A DNA stretch of 64,000 nt from Seison nebaliae (lineage: Eukaryota): positions 1 through 64,000 of the forward strand of contig JALJEE010002175.1 in assembly GCA_023231475.1 (NCBI GenBank). The letters run 5' to 3'. A program made the position numbers and the translations under genes. Numbering within the stretch: position 1 is the first letter of the stretch; each line of letters begins with the position of its first letter. The notes under the pieces are model-generated. The model was not told the origin of the DNA. It saw nothing but the letters and a program-made list of their open reading frames with translations, and made no database searches. This document shows, piece by piece, positions 38,937 to 52,921 of this stretch.

Positions 38937-41900
38937 CTAATTACTATCGTCTAATAATGAAGTGATTGAAGGAGTAATGAATTCCTTCTTCTCTTCCATT
39001 CCTTTCTCACATTCCATACAAGTGAAATGCCCCAAAAATTTCATTTGAATATCCATATCCGTTTGCATCAATTTCGATTGCATCTGAAATACAAATAAAT
39101 TTTCATTTTCCTAAAATTAATCCGAACCTGCATATCACATAAAATACTCAAACCATCGATCCACACATTATATTGATAATTATTATTCGTCAATAAGGAG
39201 ATATTAGAAGAAAAATTTTGTTTTTCTAAATCCTGTGCACTAATCGATTCCGGTTTCAATTGAATATCGAACTAATGAAATTTTGAAAGTAATTTCATAA
39301 ATTTAAATGAAAAAAAAAACTTGTTCCAATTCGTTGTTACTTAAACGTTTCACTTCAGTTATTGAAGCGATATCCGCAATTTTGACTAAATCAAATTTTT
39401 TAAATTTAATTAAATTAATTTATTTTTAAACTTTTCGTTGTGAGTTGATTCTTCGATATTGATTTTAATTGACAATTCACACCTTCACTAATGAAAAATG
39501 CTGTTTCCGTTGGATTTAATATCCACAATTGAGAAACTAAAAAAATTTTAATTTTTTAAATAATTTCAAAAAAAACTGTTCGTAGTTCGGCCCAAAGTCT
39601 CGCTATTTGGAGATACTTTAGTTTCAATAGCCGTTTTAAACGTGTAGAACATCGCTCCTTGTTTCATCGAATTGATTCTTTCTCGTCTAATACTCTCCAA
39701 TACACGTCGTTCCAATTCTTGACTTTTAGAACTAAAATGGAAATCGTCAAATTCCGATAGGAGAATCAGCAAACCTCAACACTTTCAAACGATTATTGAT
39801 ATTAGAAGTTGACATGAATGGAATAGAATACGAATCTAATAAATCTTCGTAACTATTTCGAAAAATTTCTTGAGAGAATTCTCGATTAGTTTTAACTAAA
39901 AATAAAATTTTTGAAAAATAAAATTTTTTGAAATATTTCCAAACATATTTTCGTTTTGTTTATCGATGTTTCGATAATATATTGAAGGAAATTGATGACT
40001 TTATCTTCTTCTCCTATATCTGCTTCCATCTCCTTCCATAACCGGATGAAACGGTTCATGAGAACGATAAACAAAATCGTTATTGCCTTCTCATTATCGA
40101 ACAATAAGAGAATAGTTTTCGAATTGAAGAATTCTTTGAAATAATGTCATAATTTGAATGAAATGAAATATTTGAACCTTTTCTCAAATTGAGAATTCGA
40201 AATATTTCATGAACAATCCAAACGGAAACATAAACTAAATTAATTCCGAAAAATTTTTCGTTTTCGACGGATTCTTTCGAGACAATTGGTTGAATGTTAC
40301 TCACCGCTAAGAAATTTAACATCAACTAAAAATATTAAAAGATAAAAAAAGGTGATAGAAATGGGAATGGAAACTGAAAGGAATTCTTCCTTGAAATTTT
40401 TTGTAATATCCAAAAAAACTTTCTTCATTTCTTCATCTATCAATTCATCAAATTCTCCAATCGATGGCTAGTAGGAAAATATTATAATTATTTAAAACAA
40501 ATAAAATTACTCACCAGAATCTCTGATAATAATCTTTTCCGTTCAATTTCCGTTCGGAATCGATATTTCTCTATCAGAGGAATACCATTTGTTTCCGGTA
40601 ACGAATAATCGTCATATAATTCAATCGTTTCATTCACTATCGACGTTAATGACGAATGTAAATTTTTCACCTAAATTTTTCAAATTTTCAATTAAAAATT
40701 TTTTCGAATTTTCAAAAAAAAATTTGAAATTATCAATAAAAAAAAATTTTTTAATTCTAATCTAGAGATGAATTAACGTCGATAATTGTCTCCATCGATT
40801 CGAGGAGAGAATTGTTTTCGATTTGATAACGTCTAAAAATTTTTTGTTTTATAATTTCACTTCGTTTACTGGATGTTAATCGATTGAATATCTAAAAAAA
40901 TTTGAATTAGAAAAAGTATTTTATAAAAAACTTTATAAATTATATTTTCATTATCGACTGTTATTGGAATTGGACAACCGGTAATTTCGATGAGATGTAA
41001 ATGAATCATTAATTGTAATTGCCAACATTCATTCCGACATTCCGAACATAAATGATTTGGTTGATAAATAAATTTTTTACAATTCATTCGACAACTCTCC
41101 AACTCTTTAACGAATTCGATTAATTCATTATCTCGTTCCTCCTCAATTAACGATTTGGTTGTGGATTGAAAAATTCGTTTAATTCTTGTGAAAATATTCG
41201 TCAATTTGAATGTGGTCAAATGGAGTGAACTATGAGAAGGACGACCAGAACTGATGAATTTCTGTTGTTCCAATAACAGAAATGATAAGAAATTCTCATT
41301 TTGAAACTCGTTTGTAACGAAATGTTTTAAATAACTTAAAATATTTCTTGAAAGTGTTGTACATTTCTTCTTTAAATTCTCAAGACATTTTTCTTCGCTG
41401 AGACAAAATCTCAAAATGATCAATTGAGTCCAAGGAGAGATGTTGTGATTGTACGTGGTGAGAAGATCGACGACGATTTGAAGGAAAGAAACCGGATGAT
41501 TTTTATGAATTGATGGATTATGGAGAAGAATAAGGAAGATGTGACAGAACAAATCATCCATATCGATCAATTTATTGATGGTTTGTGAAGTGTATTCATC
41601 TTCTGGTTTCAATTGATCACCGATCAAATCGATTGGAAATATTTTTTGGAATGAATTATTTTCTTTCTTTGAAATTATATTTATGAAAAATTTCTCTAAA
41701 TCGAATATGAATTGATGATTATAAAATTTATCGGAGAAATTCTTATCTTGAGAAATGAATGAGATTTGAGCGAATGTGCTGATGATCTGTTTAGTGGATA
41801 TGTCATTTTCATTCGGTTTCTCTTCGTTAGCTAAATCTAAATAATGATCGAATTCCATTGAAATCTTCGTCATTTGTTGAATAATTCCAAAATCGAAAAT

Positions 41901-42152
41901 TAACACTTCGCCATTAACGGTGAATTGATTGAGGTTTCCAGTGGAGAATATAACGGAATTATTTGAATCAAATAAGAGAGAATATTTTTTTGAATATTGT
42001 AAGTTCCAAATTTTACACAATTCTTTTATTAAATGATCTTGCGACTCATAGTTATCGACGGAAATGTGTTGGGGCAGAAAAGAATTATCAGTTCCTTGTC
42101 GATTTATTTGATTGATATGGGAACGATTCACTTCGATTGCGATTTTTGTCAT
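38937..42152 (-). CDS. ELMO: Engulfment and cell motility protein (ELMO/CED-12-like), divergent, 12 exons
   Basis: N-terminal KIAIEV...LIKELCKIWNL, ELMO-domain end FIRLWKEMEA, PH-domain start RRERINSMKQGAMF and end YNVWIDGLSIL. Eleven introns of 40-107 nt restore one frame ending SLLDDSN*. Confidence 0.8.
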
Positions 42153-42674
42153 TGCTTATCGAAATTTTCCAGTAGACAATTTCATGAAAAGTTTGATAAA
42201 TTTATGTCAATTCAGCTTTCATTTCGGCCATTTTCTTCTTCTAGTCAACTCATATTTTCGTTTATTTCTTACAAGTTCAACTCGTGAGGTCAAGGTCTTT
42301 ATTTCAACTCTTTTATTCACACTTTGAAAATTGTTTATTACTTTTCTAGTTCTTATTTAACTTACTAACTGGCTAATTTGTAAGGGAAATTATTAAAGTT
42401 TTTTGAAACTCCAAAAAATGAAGGAAATGAAAAATAAAGAAATAAAATGAAAAATGTTCAAAAGTTAATCTGATAAATGTTTAAATTTGGAGACGTTTCT
42501 AAAATTTTGGAGGTTGCAAAGCTCGTGAGTGAAAGAGATTTATTCGTATGAAAAATTGAGAAATTTTCGTAAGTTGTAGAAAGAATAACGAGAGATGGAA
42601 AAATAGTTTCTCTGAAGTAAACAAAAAGTAGTGAATGAAATTAATTTATTGAGATAACCACCGAGAGATTCCAG

Positions 42675-45168
42675 TTAATTTGAACTTAGACGATTGCTCA
42701 AAACTGTCAGATAGATAGGTTGACCAAATGTGGCAGATGTCAATACGATTGCTATAAGATTCGGCTACAAAGGAAATGTGAAGGATTCATTAGATCGAAG
42801 GAAAAAAAGAGTAAACGTATAAAGGATTTCCATCAAGATATTGTCGGAAAAGAAATAGAGGATATTGAAATAAACTGCAAACTGCAGCAACACATAACAT
42901 ACCACCAAACAATTTCCCGAAATGTTGTGAAGGATAACTAGAAAAAAATGGTTTTCAATTTGAATTTTTTCAATTTTAATGACTAACACTTGTGCAATTA
43001 GACATGCACCGGGACCGTAAAGAAACGCCCTTTGAATGACATGACATGCGAACGTCGCATATTGAATTTTGACGTCACGCACTGTAGCGATTGCTAAGGT
43101 TAAAATGGCAAAAAATGAATTGAGAATGAAAGCCGGTCTTGCTGATCTTAATTGATCTGAAAATTAAGAAATTTAAAAAATTCAAAAGAAATAAAATTTG
43201 AAAACTTATCAAAGAATTTCCATGTTTCTTCGCGAAATAATCCATAATTATACCACCTAACGGTGCTATTAATAATCCTAAGAATTGCATTAAACTAAAC
43301 GCAGTAATGGCTTTATGTGCCGCGTCTTCATCATTCTCTGCTATGTAGTCAATCCATGAATTGAATGGCCCAATAAAATAGAGAACGTCCATTCGACAAA
43401 TGGCGCACCAGAACACAGTCCACATATAAATTGGAGAGAATAAACAGTCTCGGAAATTGGGAAATCGTTCTGATGGTGTCAATTCTAAATAAGCGGCGTT
43501 AGTTGAACTCAAATTATCATCTGGTGTCATTTCTGGTAAAACGGTACCGACGGTGGAATCGACTTCGGCGAAACCGTTTGCTCGTAATTCGTTAGTGTCT
43601 CTTGGAAACTGATTTTTAGGCAAACTTGCTCGATCAAAACTTCGATGTCTTTTTTGTTCCGGTTTCTGCATTGTTGTCCAAACAGCCATTTTATCGGTAC
43701 CGAAACCGCCGATACCTAAAACTGGTGTGATGATGGTGTGAGGTGGACGATATTGGGATCGACCCATTCCTGGCATCATCGATTGTGCTCGGGTATTTTC
43801 CTTTTGTTTCGATCTACTTCGACTTTGTCTTTCCCCTGAATCCGTCGAATCATCAAATGGATTAGAATTATTTCCATTAGGGCCATCAATTCCGTTTGAG
43901 TCGTCGATATTATTAAATTGTTCATAAGCAATATCATTGTCCATATCCGATTCTTTTGAAGGTTTATAAAATTGTAACAATTTCCCAATTTCTTTCACAT
44001 TCCGAATTGGGAATTGATAGTCTCTGGGTAGTGGCCAGGGAATATTCGTTTCCGGTAACCAAGCCAATAAGCTGATTATGAGAAAGATGACGGAGAAGGC
44101 GAAAATAAGAAATGATGTGCGGACGGAAGTACCCAAATTATCGTAGGAAAGTTTCAATAGTAAAAATACGAAAGCTGACGCATCGTAACAACCATCAAAA
44201 AAGGTGATTAATGTGGAACGTTGTTTGGGAAACAGATTTGCAATTGGCATATTACTCATCATTAATAAATTACCTCCATATGTCAACATGAGAAATGAAA
44301 TGTATAGCAACCAAGATTCACCAGTTCCCGTGAAAGCGGTGATCATACAGGATAAGAAAACCATTGCGATGGAAACGAGACGACAGACACGAAGTCCATA
44401 TTTGTCCATTACCAAACCATTAACCACAGCTAACAAGTTCACCACACATGTAGATATGGCGAATACCAAATTGAAGTTTCGAGCTTGATCATCTCGACAC
44501 TTTTCCGCAAACTGTTCTTTAACTTCTTGCATTCCGGCCTGAATTTTCTCGGGATCCATAGATGTCGTCATTAATTCCGTTGAATGAGCCACTGATGTTT
44601 CTTCATCAATTATTTGTCCAGTTGACGAGATATTCGTATCGACATTCATTTCTTGGCTTAGTATTTTAGTTGTAGTGCTTATGGTAGTGGTACTGGTGGT
44701 GGTGGCACTAGTGGTGGTGGTACTAGTGGTGGTGGTGATAAGCTCTAGAGAAGTGTCATTGTCATTTTCATTATCATTTGTTTTAATTAATGGTGAAGAC
44801 GTGTCAATTGTTTCATTATATAATTCTATGTCAAGATTTTTTAAATCTTGAGCAATTTTATCTATGGAATTTGAGAAAATGGTCGATCTGGGTGGATCAG
44901 TAATTTCTATTCTTTTCTCGACAAATGTTTCATCACCGTCTCTTTTTCTTCTCTGTGATGAGATTGGCAATATCGAACTTTTCAAATTGTTGTTCGATGT
45001 TGTCATGTTGAGTTGGAGTTCTTCTGCCGCACTACAAGCATCATCCCAAAAATATCCTTCACTTCGTAACACGTACACCAATGACGGCCATCCGTATAAT
45101 ACACCGCCGAAAAACAGAATTTCTAATCCCGACCATGCAACGACGATACCACGTTGCCAACTTACCAT
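42675..45168 (-). CDS. SLC43-family MFS transporter (LAT3/LAT4/SLC43A3-like), 4 exons
   Basis: Family signature LEILFFGGVLYGWPSLVYVLRSEGYF; also C.DQARNFNLVF, IANLFPKQRSTLITFFDGCYDASA and YPSQHFGKLFG. Three short 3' introns (first 43157-43205) extend the ORF to a stop at 42675. Confidence 0.92.
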
Positions 45169-45754
45169 CTTACTACGAGGATCAAATTCGATACATAGAG
45201 AGATCTGATGGAGTGGAAAGAAAAATATTTATTTTGTGTCTACGTGGAAATGGTAATGTTGTAGAGAGGTCGATTTATCGATTTAGACGATCTAAGTGGA
45301 ATGAAATGAGATCAAGAAAACTCTTCCAGTCATTCCCCAACAGAAACTCTCACAAACAATACATCCAATGCCTTTGTGTGTAGTTTGAAAAGAGAAGGAT
45401 GATGATGAGAGATCAGTTCTCCAAAACCAAAGACAGAGATCGTGAGATTTTTTCTGACAAATGGTTTATATCTGATCTACTTCTATTCTAATCATTCATT
45501 TCTACTATCAATTCTAGCACGATTTCTTCCATTTCGTTTATATTCCATAAAATAATTCCCTTTTTATCATGTTGTCTTAATCAAACTAAAACTTCCTTCT
45601 CAGGCACAAATTCTCAAAAGTGATGAGAAAATTAAAAAATTGGAGAGAATTTCAATGTTTCCTACGATTTCTTTCCATTAACACCATATCACATAATTAT
45701 TGATGAAGGAAAATCTTTTTCGATAATAAATAGAAGGAAGTGAAGTTGAGGAAA

Positions 45755-45779
45755 AGAGAGAGAGAGAGAGAGAGAGAGA
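45755..45779. repeat. (AG)n microsatellite
   Basis: About 12 AG units. Confidence 0.9.
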
Positions 45780-47909
45780 TTTTTCAATGTGGAATTATAT
45801 TTATATAATTATTTGAAGTTAAGTTACGTCATTTTTTGTACTATATTACTATCGAACGTCGAAAGAATTTTATATCTACATCACATGAAGAGAGTGAAAC
45901 GAATTGTTCATAGATCGTTTGGTGATCGATGTAGGTGAATATAAATAATAATAATAGTATAACCTCTGCCTCTCAACATTCCTCGTACTTACTCATTCAT
46001 TTCCAAGTAATTGATGAGGGAAAAAAAATTGAAGAAAATTTATTTTCGTATTAATTTCTTCTGATAAGTTTCAATTCATTGAAAATCATTTCCATGAATT
46101 ATCTCATGAAAATTAATTCCAATTAACATAAGACCTATCTGTTGGTAAATTAAATCGTAAATTAGATGTGGATGTTTTCCTCGTAAAAATAGACGACGAA
46201 ATGAAAGAAACTTTTTTGAAATCAACAAATTCACTTCACACAGTTCGGTATGGGGAATTGTTCAATTATCGAATAAATCAATCGGACTATTGTCGCCAAA
46301 TCGAATTAAATAAAATTATTTGAATATGTACAATTGTCTCATGACCGATAATATGATCATACATCATACATTTCCATCATTCTACATGTAGACATAAAAT
46401 AAAATTGAAAGGAATTAATTAGACTAATATGGAAATTGATGCATGAATTTCGATCTTATGAATATATCACTTACCACAGATAAATTTTGAAAACATCATA
46501 AATAAAAGACCCAAAATATTAGTCGTGACACAAAGAGAAAAAAATCCAACTGCACATTATTATGGAAAGAAATCATGTCATTCTCTTTCTTTCTTTCTTT
46601 CTGTGCGAAACGAGAGAAGTGTTGATAAGAATCGATGAGAGAACGTGGAAGAACAAAGTGAAATGATATATCGAAGATGAATCATTGACTTTTCTCCACT
46701 GGATGGTTGAATGCTTGTAAGAAACTTAAGAAATGGTTGTTTTCTCATCAAGAAAAAAGATAATTCCTATTCACTAGACAATAAGACGAGAAATAGTTCC
46801 ATTGAATGATGAGAAAATGAAATCGACGACTGTCCAACAACAAATAGAGTGACTGATGAAATTACCGTTTTCCTCTCATGTAAACCATCATTTAATTAGT
46901 TTTTTAAGACAATTGTATGAGAGAGAAAGAAAACAACGAAAACTAGAAACATGATACCACATATGTTGATGGGAAAGGAATTGGTATTTGTTTTTGACAG
47001 TCCCACCCGTCGACTGACTCGATTACTGACAATTCCATTAACATTCGAATGATGACGACATAGTGATGGAAGAAGACCATGCATCAATCTTGCACAATTA
47101 TCAACTACTGGATAATTTCATTCGAATGTACGATGGAACGTGCTCGTTTCCTCCTAACAATTTCCGATATTTATTCAACGTTGTCATGACAACAAATGAC
47201 AATTTGGAAGTATTAGAAGTATATATCAAATTTCTGTTAAAATGAATCCGTAGGTTGCAAGAGAATGAATGATTCATTATTATTTTTCTGTTCTTAATCG
47301 ATTTGCTTACCATCACAAAATCATCTTATGATAAATTTTTTTAAAATCAATTATCATAGTTGGAGAGTATTCTTTCGATGTCTGAATGAATGTTGGAAAT
47401 TTTTCTTTAAAGAACCCTATTAATTTTCTTATTTTAAAAGTTGAGGTTAATACAAAAGAATTGATCAAAAAATAGTAATAAAATTGATAATGGGATGAAA
47501 AGATAAATTTGACTGAAGAAATTATTATGTCGTCATAAATATTAGTTGTCAGAATTAACTATCATCTCTCTTTTACTTTCCTCTATTTATTTATTGGACT
47601 TTAATTAAGATAAATATTCATTCTTATTAATGATTTGTCACGATTAATGGAAATAATATGAGAGAATTGAATGAAACAATCTCTTTCACTTTATCCCGAT
47701 TTCAACTGGTCAAGTTCATTAATAAAATTTATTTTCATTTCCATTCGAAGATATTAAGAGAGAAATAGAAGTCGAACATCTGTGGAGAAAGTTTATTCGA
47801 ATATTTCTCACATGAACATTCCATATGCGTCTGTCGGTAAGAGACGATAAGAGGAAGAATAAGTATTTTTATTGCACCATCACAAACAGTAACACACGAC
47901 GTAGAAAGA

Positions 47910-49932
47910 ATGAAGAAAGAAGAAAGAAATTTGAAGAAAATTTTCCAATTTCTCAAAATGTTGAGACCGAGAAGAATCACTTCAGTTGTCATATTCATCG
48001 TCTATGCTCTCATAGCAATCTTCCTCTACAACATCGTTCTCATTCTCCAACCATCCAATACGGTAAATCATCAAAATCCGAAATTAGTAAAACGAGCAGC
48101 TCTCTACAATGGAAAGAAACGTTTCAATTATATTCCCCCCGAAACTTGTTTGAATTGTCCCGGGGAAATGGGTCATTCCGTCAGTCTCCAAGTTCATTAT
48201 TTCAAAAACTAAAAATTCATTTTTTTTCGAAGGAAAGTGAAAAAGTCAATTTGACAGCAATTCAAAAAAAAGAATTTTTCAATCTCATTGCCAGTGACAA
48301 GGTGTCGTTATGGAGAGACGTACGTGATGCACGACCTACAGAGTTCTTTGTCTTTTTTTCTCACAAAAAATAATTTTCGACATTAGATGTAAAAATCTCC
48401 ATTATGATGTCTCACAACTGCCGACCATTTCAGTTGTTCTCATTTTCAAAAATGAACGATGGTCTCCACTTCTCAGAACCGTTTATAGTATCATGAATCG
48501 TACGCCATTAAATTTATTGAAAGAGATCGTTCTAATCGACGACGATTCTGATTTACGTTCATTTCTTCCTAATTAATTAATTAATTAATTAATTTTTTCA
48601 ATTTTTTAAATAATTAATTTACAGATGAATTAAAGGAACCATTAGATGATTATTGTCAGAAGAATTTCGGCGATTGGGTCATCATCAAACATTCGAAAGA
48701 ACGACTCGGATTGATAAAAGCAAAAAATTGGGGAGGAACATTCGCTACCGGTGAAGTGATGGTTTTTCTCGATGCTCATTGTGAAGTAAATTATGGATGG
48801 TCTGAGCCTATTCTTCATCATTTGAAAAACAATCCCAAATCCATCGTCATTCCGACCATCGATTCAATTGATAAAGATTCAATGGCATATTATTCAGGTG
48901 GTGGTGGTGGTTGGGGTGGATTCACTTGGTCACTCTTCTTCTATTGGTATCCGATGCCAGAGAGAATAAGATCAGCAAGATATAACCATACAGTACCATA
49001 TTCGTTAAACCGTTTCTCTTTAAATTTTTAACATTATTCTTATTGTTATAGAACTCCAACTAATCCGGGTGGATTGTTAGCAAGTAATCGAGAATACTTC
49101 TATGAAATCGGAGGATATGATGATGATATGGAGATTTGGGGTGGGGAAAATTTAGAGTTATCTTTCCGAACTTGGATGTGTGGCGGGAAAATCGAATTTG
49201 TTCCTTGTTCTCATGTCGGTCATATTTTCCGTCCTGGTCATCCATATAATATGACGGGCGTTCGAGGTCGTGAAGATGTTCACGGAAGAAATTCGAAAAG
49301 ATTAGCAGAAGTTTGGATGGACGATTATAAACGACTTTATTATTATTATCGAAAAGACTTAAAAGTTTAAATTGAAAATTAAATTCAAATTAATTATTAA
49401 AATTTATTTTCTTCTTTTTCAGACGAAAAATATTGAAGGAGATTTAACGGAAAGGAAAAATGTCCGGAATAAACTCAAATGCAATTCCTTCAAATGGTTT
49501 CTCGATAATGTCTATCCGGAAAAGTTTATTATCGACGAAGACGTTCAACATTTCGGTTCGATTGTTAACAGTGAAACGAAATTGTGTCTCGATCTTTTGA
49601 ATCATGACGAGAAAAGTTCATTCATTATGGGCGTCTATCCTTGTCAGAATGGACAAAGTATGAATCAAGTATTAAGTTATTCCAAAGAGAATCAACTTAG
49701 ACGAGAAGACGCATGTCTCTCACCCAACGGCAATAAAGTCCAAGTGTACAGTTGCGGTTACAATGTGAAGACCAGTCAAAAATGGACATACACTACTCAT
49801 GAACAATTTAGATCATCAACCGGTTTGTGTATGGACGTGAAAGGTTTGAAAGAGAGCGACGATTTGAAATTAATGGAATGTGATGAGGATAGTGTCACTC
49901 AAAAATTCCATTTTGAGAATTACTCAATTTAA
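47910..49932 (+). CDS. GALNT: Polypeptide N-acetylgalactosaminyltransferase (GT27) with C-terminal ricin-B lectin domain, 6 exons
   Basis: Type II TM anchor, FLDAHCEV (DxH), WGGENLELSFRTWMCGG, PCSHVGHIFR, RLAEVWMDDYK, lectin CLD...C...NQ. Introns 48192-48232, 48343-48386, 48557-48624, 49004-49051, 49365-49422. Confidence 0.96.
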
Positions 49933-49986
49933 ACCTCCTCAATATGTCGTTCTCACTAAAACAGAATTTTGAATCATCAAAAATGG

Positions 49987-50200
49987 AATTTAAATCATCA
50001 AAAATTCCATTTTAAGAAAAACCAAATTTAAACCAACAAAAATTCCATTTTTAGATAAACGGAATTTAAACCAACAAAAATTCCATTTTTAGATAAATGG
50101 AATTTAAAACCATCGAAAATACAGTTTTTAGAAAAACAAAATTTAAATCATCAAAAATTCTATTTTTAGAAAAACGAAATTTAAAACCATCGAAAATTCA
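49987..50200 (+). repeat. 38-bp minisatellite, about 5.5 copies
   Basis: Units aatttaaaccaacaaaaattccatttttagataaacgg start at 49987, 50025, 50063, 50101, 50140 and 50178. Confidence 0.9.
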
Positions 50201-50346
50201 TTGTTGATAAATTATTGATGAATTTCTTGTTATAATTGCATTTCAATTTTTGATTTATTATCATAAAGTTCATCAGATTTTGTTTTAAAGAATTTATTTG
50301 CCGTCCATTCCTGTTCACTATTATTTATTGCCCTGATAATTTTCCG

Positions 50347-51412
50347 TTATTTATTCCTTAATAAACTCAATAATTTCTTCTTTTTTAACCACTTCCAACG
50401 ATTACTCGAGTTATATTTGACTAAATGTGAAAGGGACTCACTAACTTCGATGGCAGAAGTTCGTCCTAAAAACGACGTATCTCCCGTCGTATATTCGATA
50501 CGAGATTTTTTGATGGAATTACGTAAATCATCAGATGAATCGTATGAAATGCGATAGCCACTGAGATCGAGTTCAGGATAATGACGTCGAAGTAATCGTT
50601 TCAAATGATATAAATTCTCTTTATTTCCTGTGTAAGTTTTCTTACCTTCCATTACCATCATGACGATGCATGAAACTGTAATGAGGAGACTAAAAACACA
50701 CGTGGCAATGTTGAGTGGCGTGGCCATCAAATAACGACAATCGAAATCACTTACATTATATTTATCTGAAAAAGAAATTAAATGGAATTATTGAAAATTT
50801 GAATGGTAATTTTGAATTAGGAAACTTTCATTTTTTATTGATTTTATTCTATCACAATTACGATAGTAGACTTCAGGTATGTTCCCATAATTCCCGACGG
50901 CGACAAAAGCTAGTGCGAAGTTAGCAATACCACCAAACACGATATCCAGAAGAAAAAGAAGAATGTTCAAGTGGAAGAATCGAATGGAACTTAATGAAAC
51001 TTTGAAAGGGAAAGATAGATTGAGGAGATTGAGAAGAAAGTATTAGAAACAATTCGATTAAGAAGAATAACATTCTCACCTAGAAAACTCTGAATGAGAT
51101 TGGAGAAGAGTAAACAAATATTCAGATTCCTTATAAGAGTCGAATGTTTTTGTGGTAGACGATGACGGATAATTATTTCATAAATAATTATGATGGAAAT
51201 AATGGAAACTGTCTGGATGGAATCGAGTTAGATCGAATGTGATAATAAGCCGGATTAACTTTTATTGTTATAGCAACCGCTTTTTGTATGATAAAGAATT
51301 TGGTATGATTGTTCTTATCTTCGTCCGTCGGCAACACATGACGTTTGATCGCGTCGATCAAATGTAAATTTTTTAATGATTCAAGAATTTGCGCTCTCGT
51401 CTTCATTCCCAT
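50347..51412 (-). CDS. CD20/MS4A-like four-TM protein, paralog 1 (4 exons)
   Basis: Exons join to give four hydrophobic segments and a C...CRY loop before TM4; intron phases 0,1,1 as in the neighbouring gene. Exact donors of introns 2 and 3 are uncertain. Confidence 0.6.
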
Positions 51413-51558
51413 GAAAATTAGAAAATAATTGAATACGAAAAAATCAAAATATTCAATTCTTTAACTGTTGCCTCTTTACTTTATAGTTATCAGTTTACTA
51501 TTCATTTCAATATATATTATTACAAATCTCATGAAAATAATAAAATAAATGAAAATTT

Positions 51559-52489
51559 TTAGTTTTGTTCTACATCCACCGCTTTCACCAAACTAACATG
51601 AGATCGATTTTTTTTCGTTTTTGGGAAATCGGTGATATCGCTGATACTGCGACTTCGTCTTTTCGAGAATGTTTCGTATGAATAATCCGTTAAACCGTCA
51701 TTTATTTTCGAATAGTTTAATAAGTTACAACATCCATATTTGCAACTGATAGTCAACATGACCGTATTAACAATGATGACGACGAGACCGGTGGCGAGAA
51801 GAATTCCATTAATTTGCATTCCCATATAATATCGACAAGTATATTCGTAATGAGGTGCGGCTAGAGAGAAAATGCTTTGAATTTTAAGGAAATTAGGAAA
51901 TTGGAACTTTGGACATATGACCCGATACAACGGAAAGTAGTAGTTATTTCGCCGTTCTTTACTTTCTTAATGCCGATTGATGATGTGACAACTATGCCAA
52001 TGCCGGCAAAGAGAATGTTTTGGAGAGTAAACGAGAGAGTACAAACGACGATGTGAATATGTGCTTTGACGCCTTGAAGGAAGTGGAAGAAGTAAATGTT
52101 GAGAATAAGAAATTAACCAGCCGCTATAAATAAGATGGCGGAGATGAAAAGTAGACTGCCACTAACGAAGCCGAACCGTGCCTCAAATACCGGCAGATGA
52201 TATGCTTCGATCAATGATTGACAACTAAGTATTAGAATAGATAAGAAGATCTAGAATCGATTGATTAAGTCCACTGAACAAGTGAAATAACATCAATGAT
52301 GCCGATGAACATCACAGTGGATTTTGGCCAAGAGGTTTTAAGTTTCTCTTGAATAAATTTTCGTTTCTGCTCTCGATAATTCACAGCCATTTGTCGATAT
52401 GTATCGAAATCTTTCGCACGATATGTCATCGGAATGGTAAGCGCTGTCGAGTGAACGGTGGCATCATCTGTAATTATATTCTTGTTCAT
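51559..52489 (-). CDS. CD20/MS4A-like four-TM protein, paralog 2 (4 exons)
   Basis: IGIIDIFLSILIL, GFVSGSLLFISAILFIAAG, third TM, loop FRC...YTCRYY, TM4 ending ISCKYGCC; three GTT..AG introns. Start codon uncertain, an upstream exon is possible. Confidence 0.68.
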
Positions 52490-52921
52490 TCTTCTCACCT
52501 CTTCCAACTGATCTGCATAGAACTAATCTAATTTGCAGAGAGAATAATAATAATAATTATTATTATTTATTTAAAGAAAAAATAAGGAGAAAAATCATTT
52601 TCATCATCAGATGAGTAGGATGACGAAATTAGATTGAAATAGACAGTCTGATAATGTTCGTCGAATATAATCCGTTTGTGTCTAGAAGAAGATAATTAAG
52701 ACACTCGACTAGGTGAAGCAATTGAGATTTGATTAATCTTATCACAAATCAGAAAATTTTTGAATATAATTCTCATAAATTCACAGTTTACTCCAACGTG
52801 TGATTGATTACTGTTTGATTATTTACAGTTATTCTTCCACTTACTCATATCCAACCATTCCTAATCAATACATCTTTCACTCACACCTTTTCTTACTTTT
52901 ATAAATGGAAAAGTTTCCAGT

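Noticed and set aside
49987..50200. 38-bp periodic repeat as a CRISPR array
   Set aside because: Units are contiguous and degenerate with no unique spacers; no cas genes; eukaryotic context.
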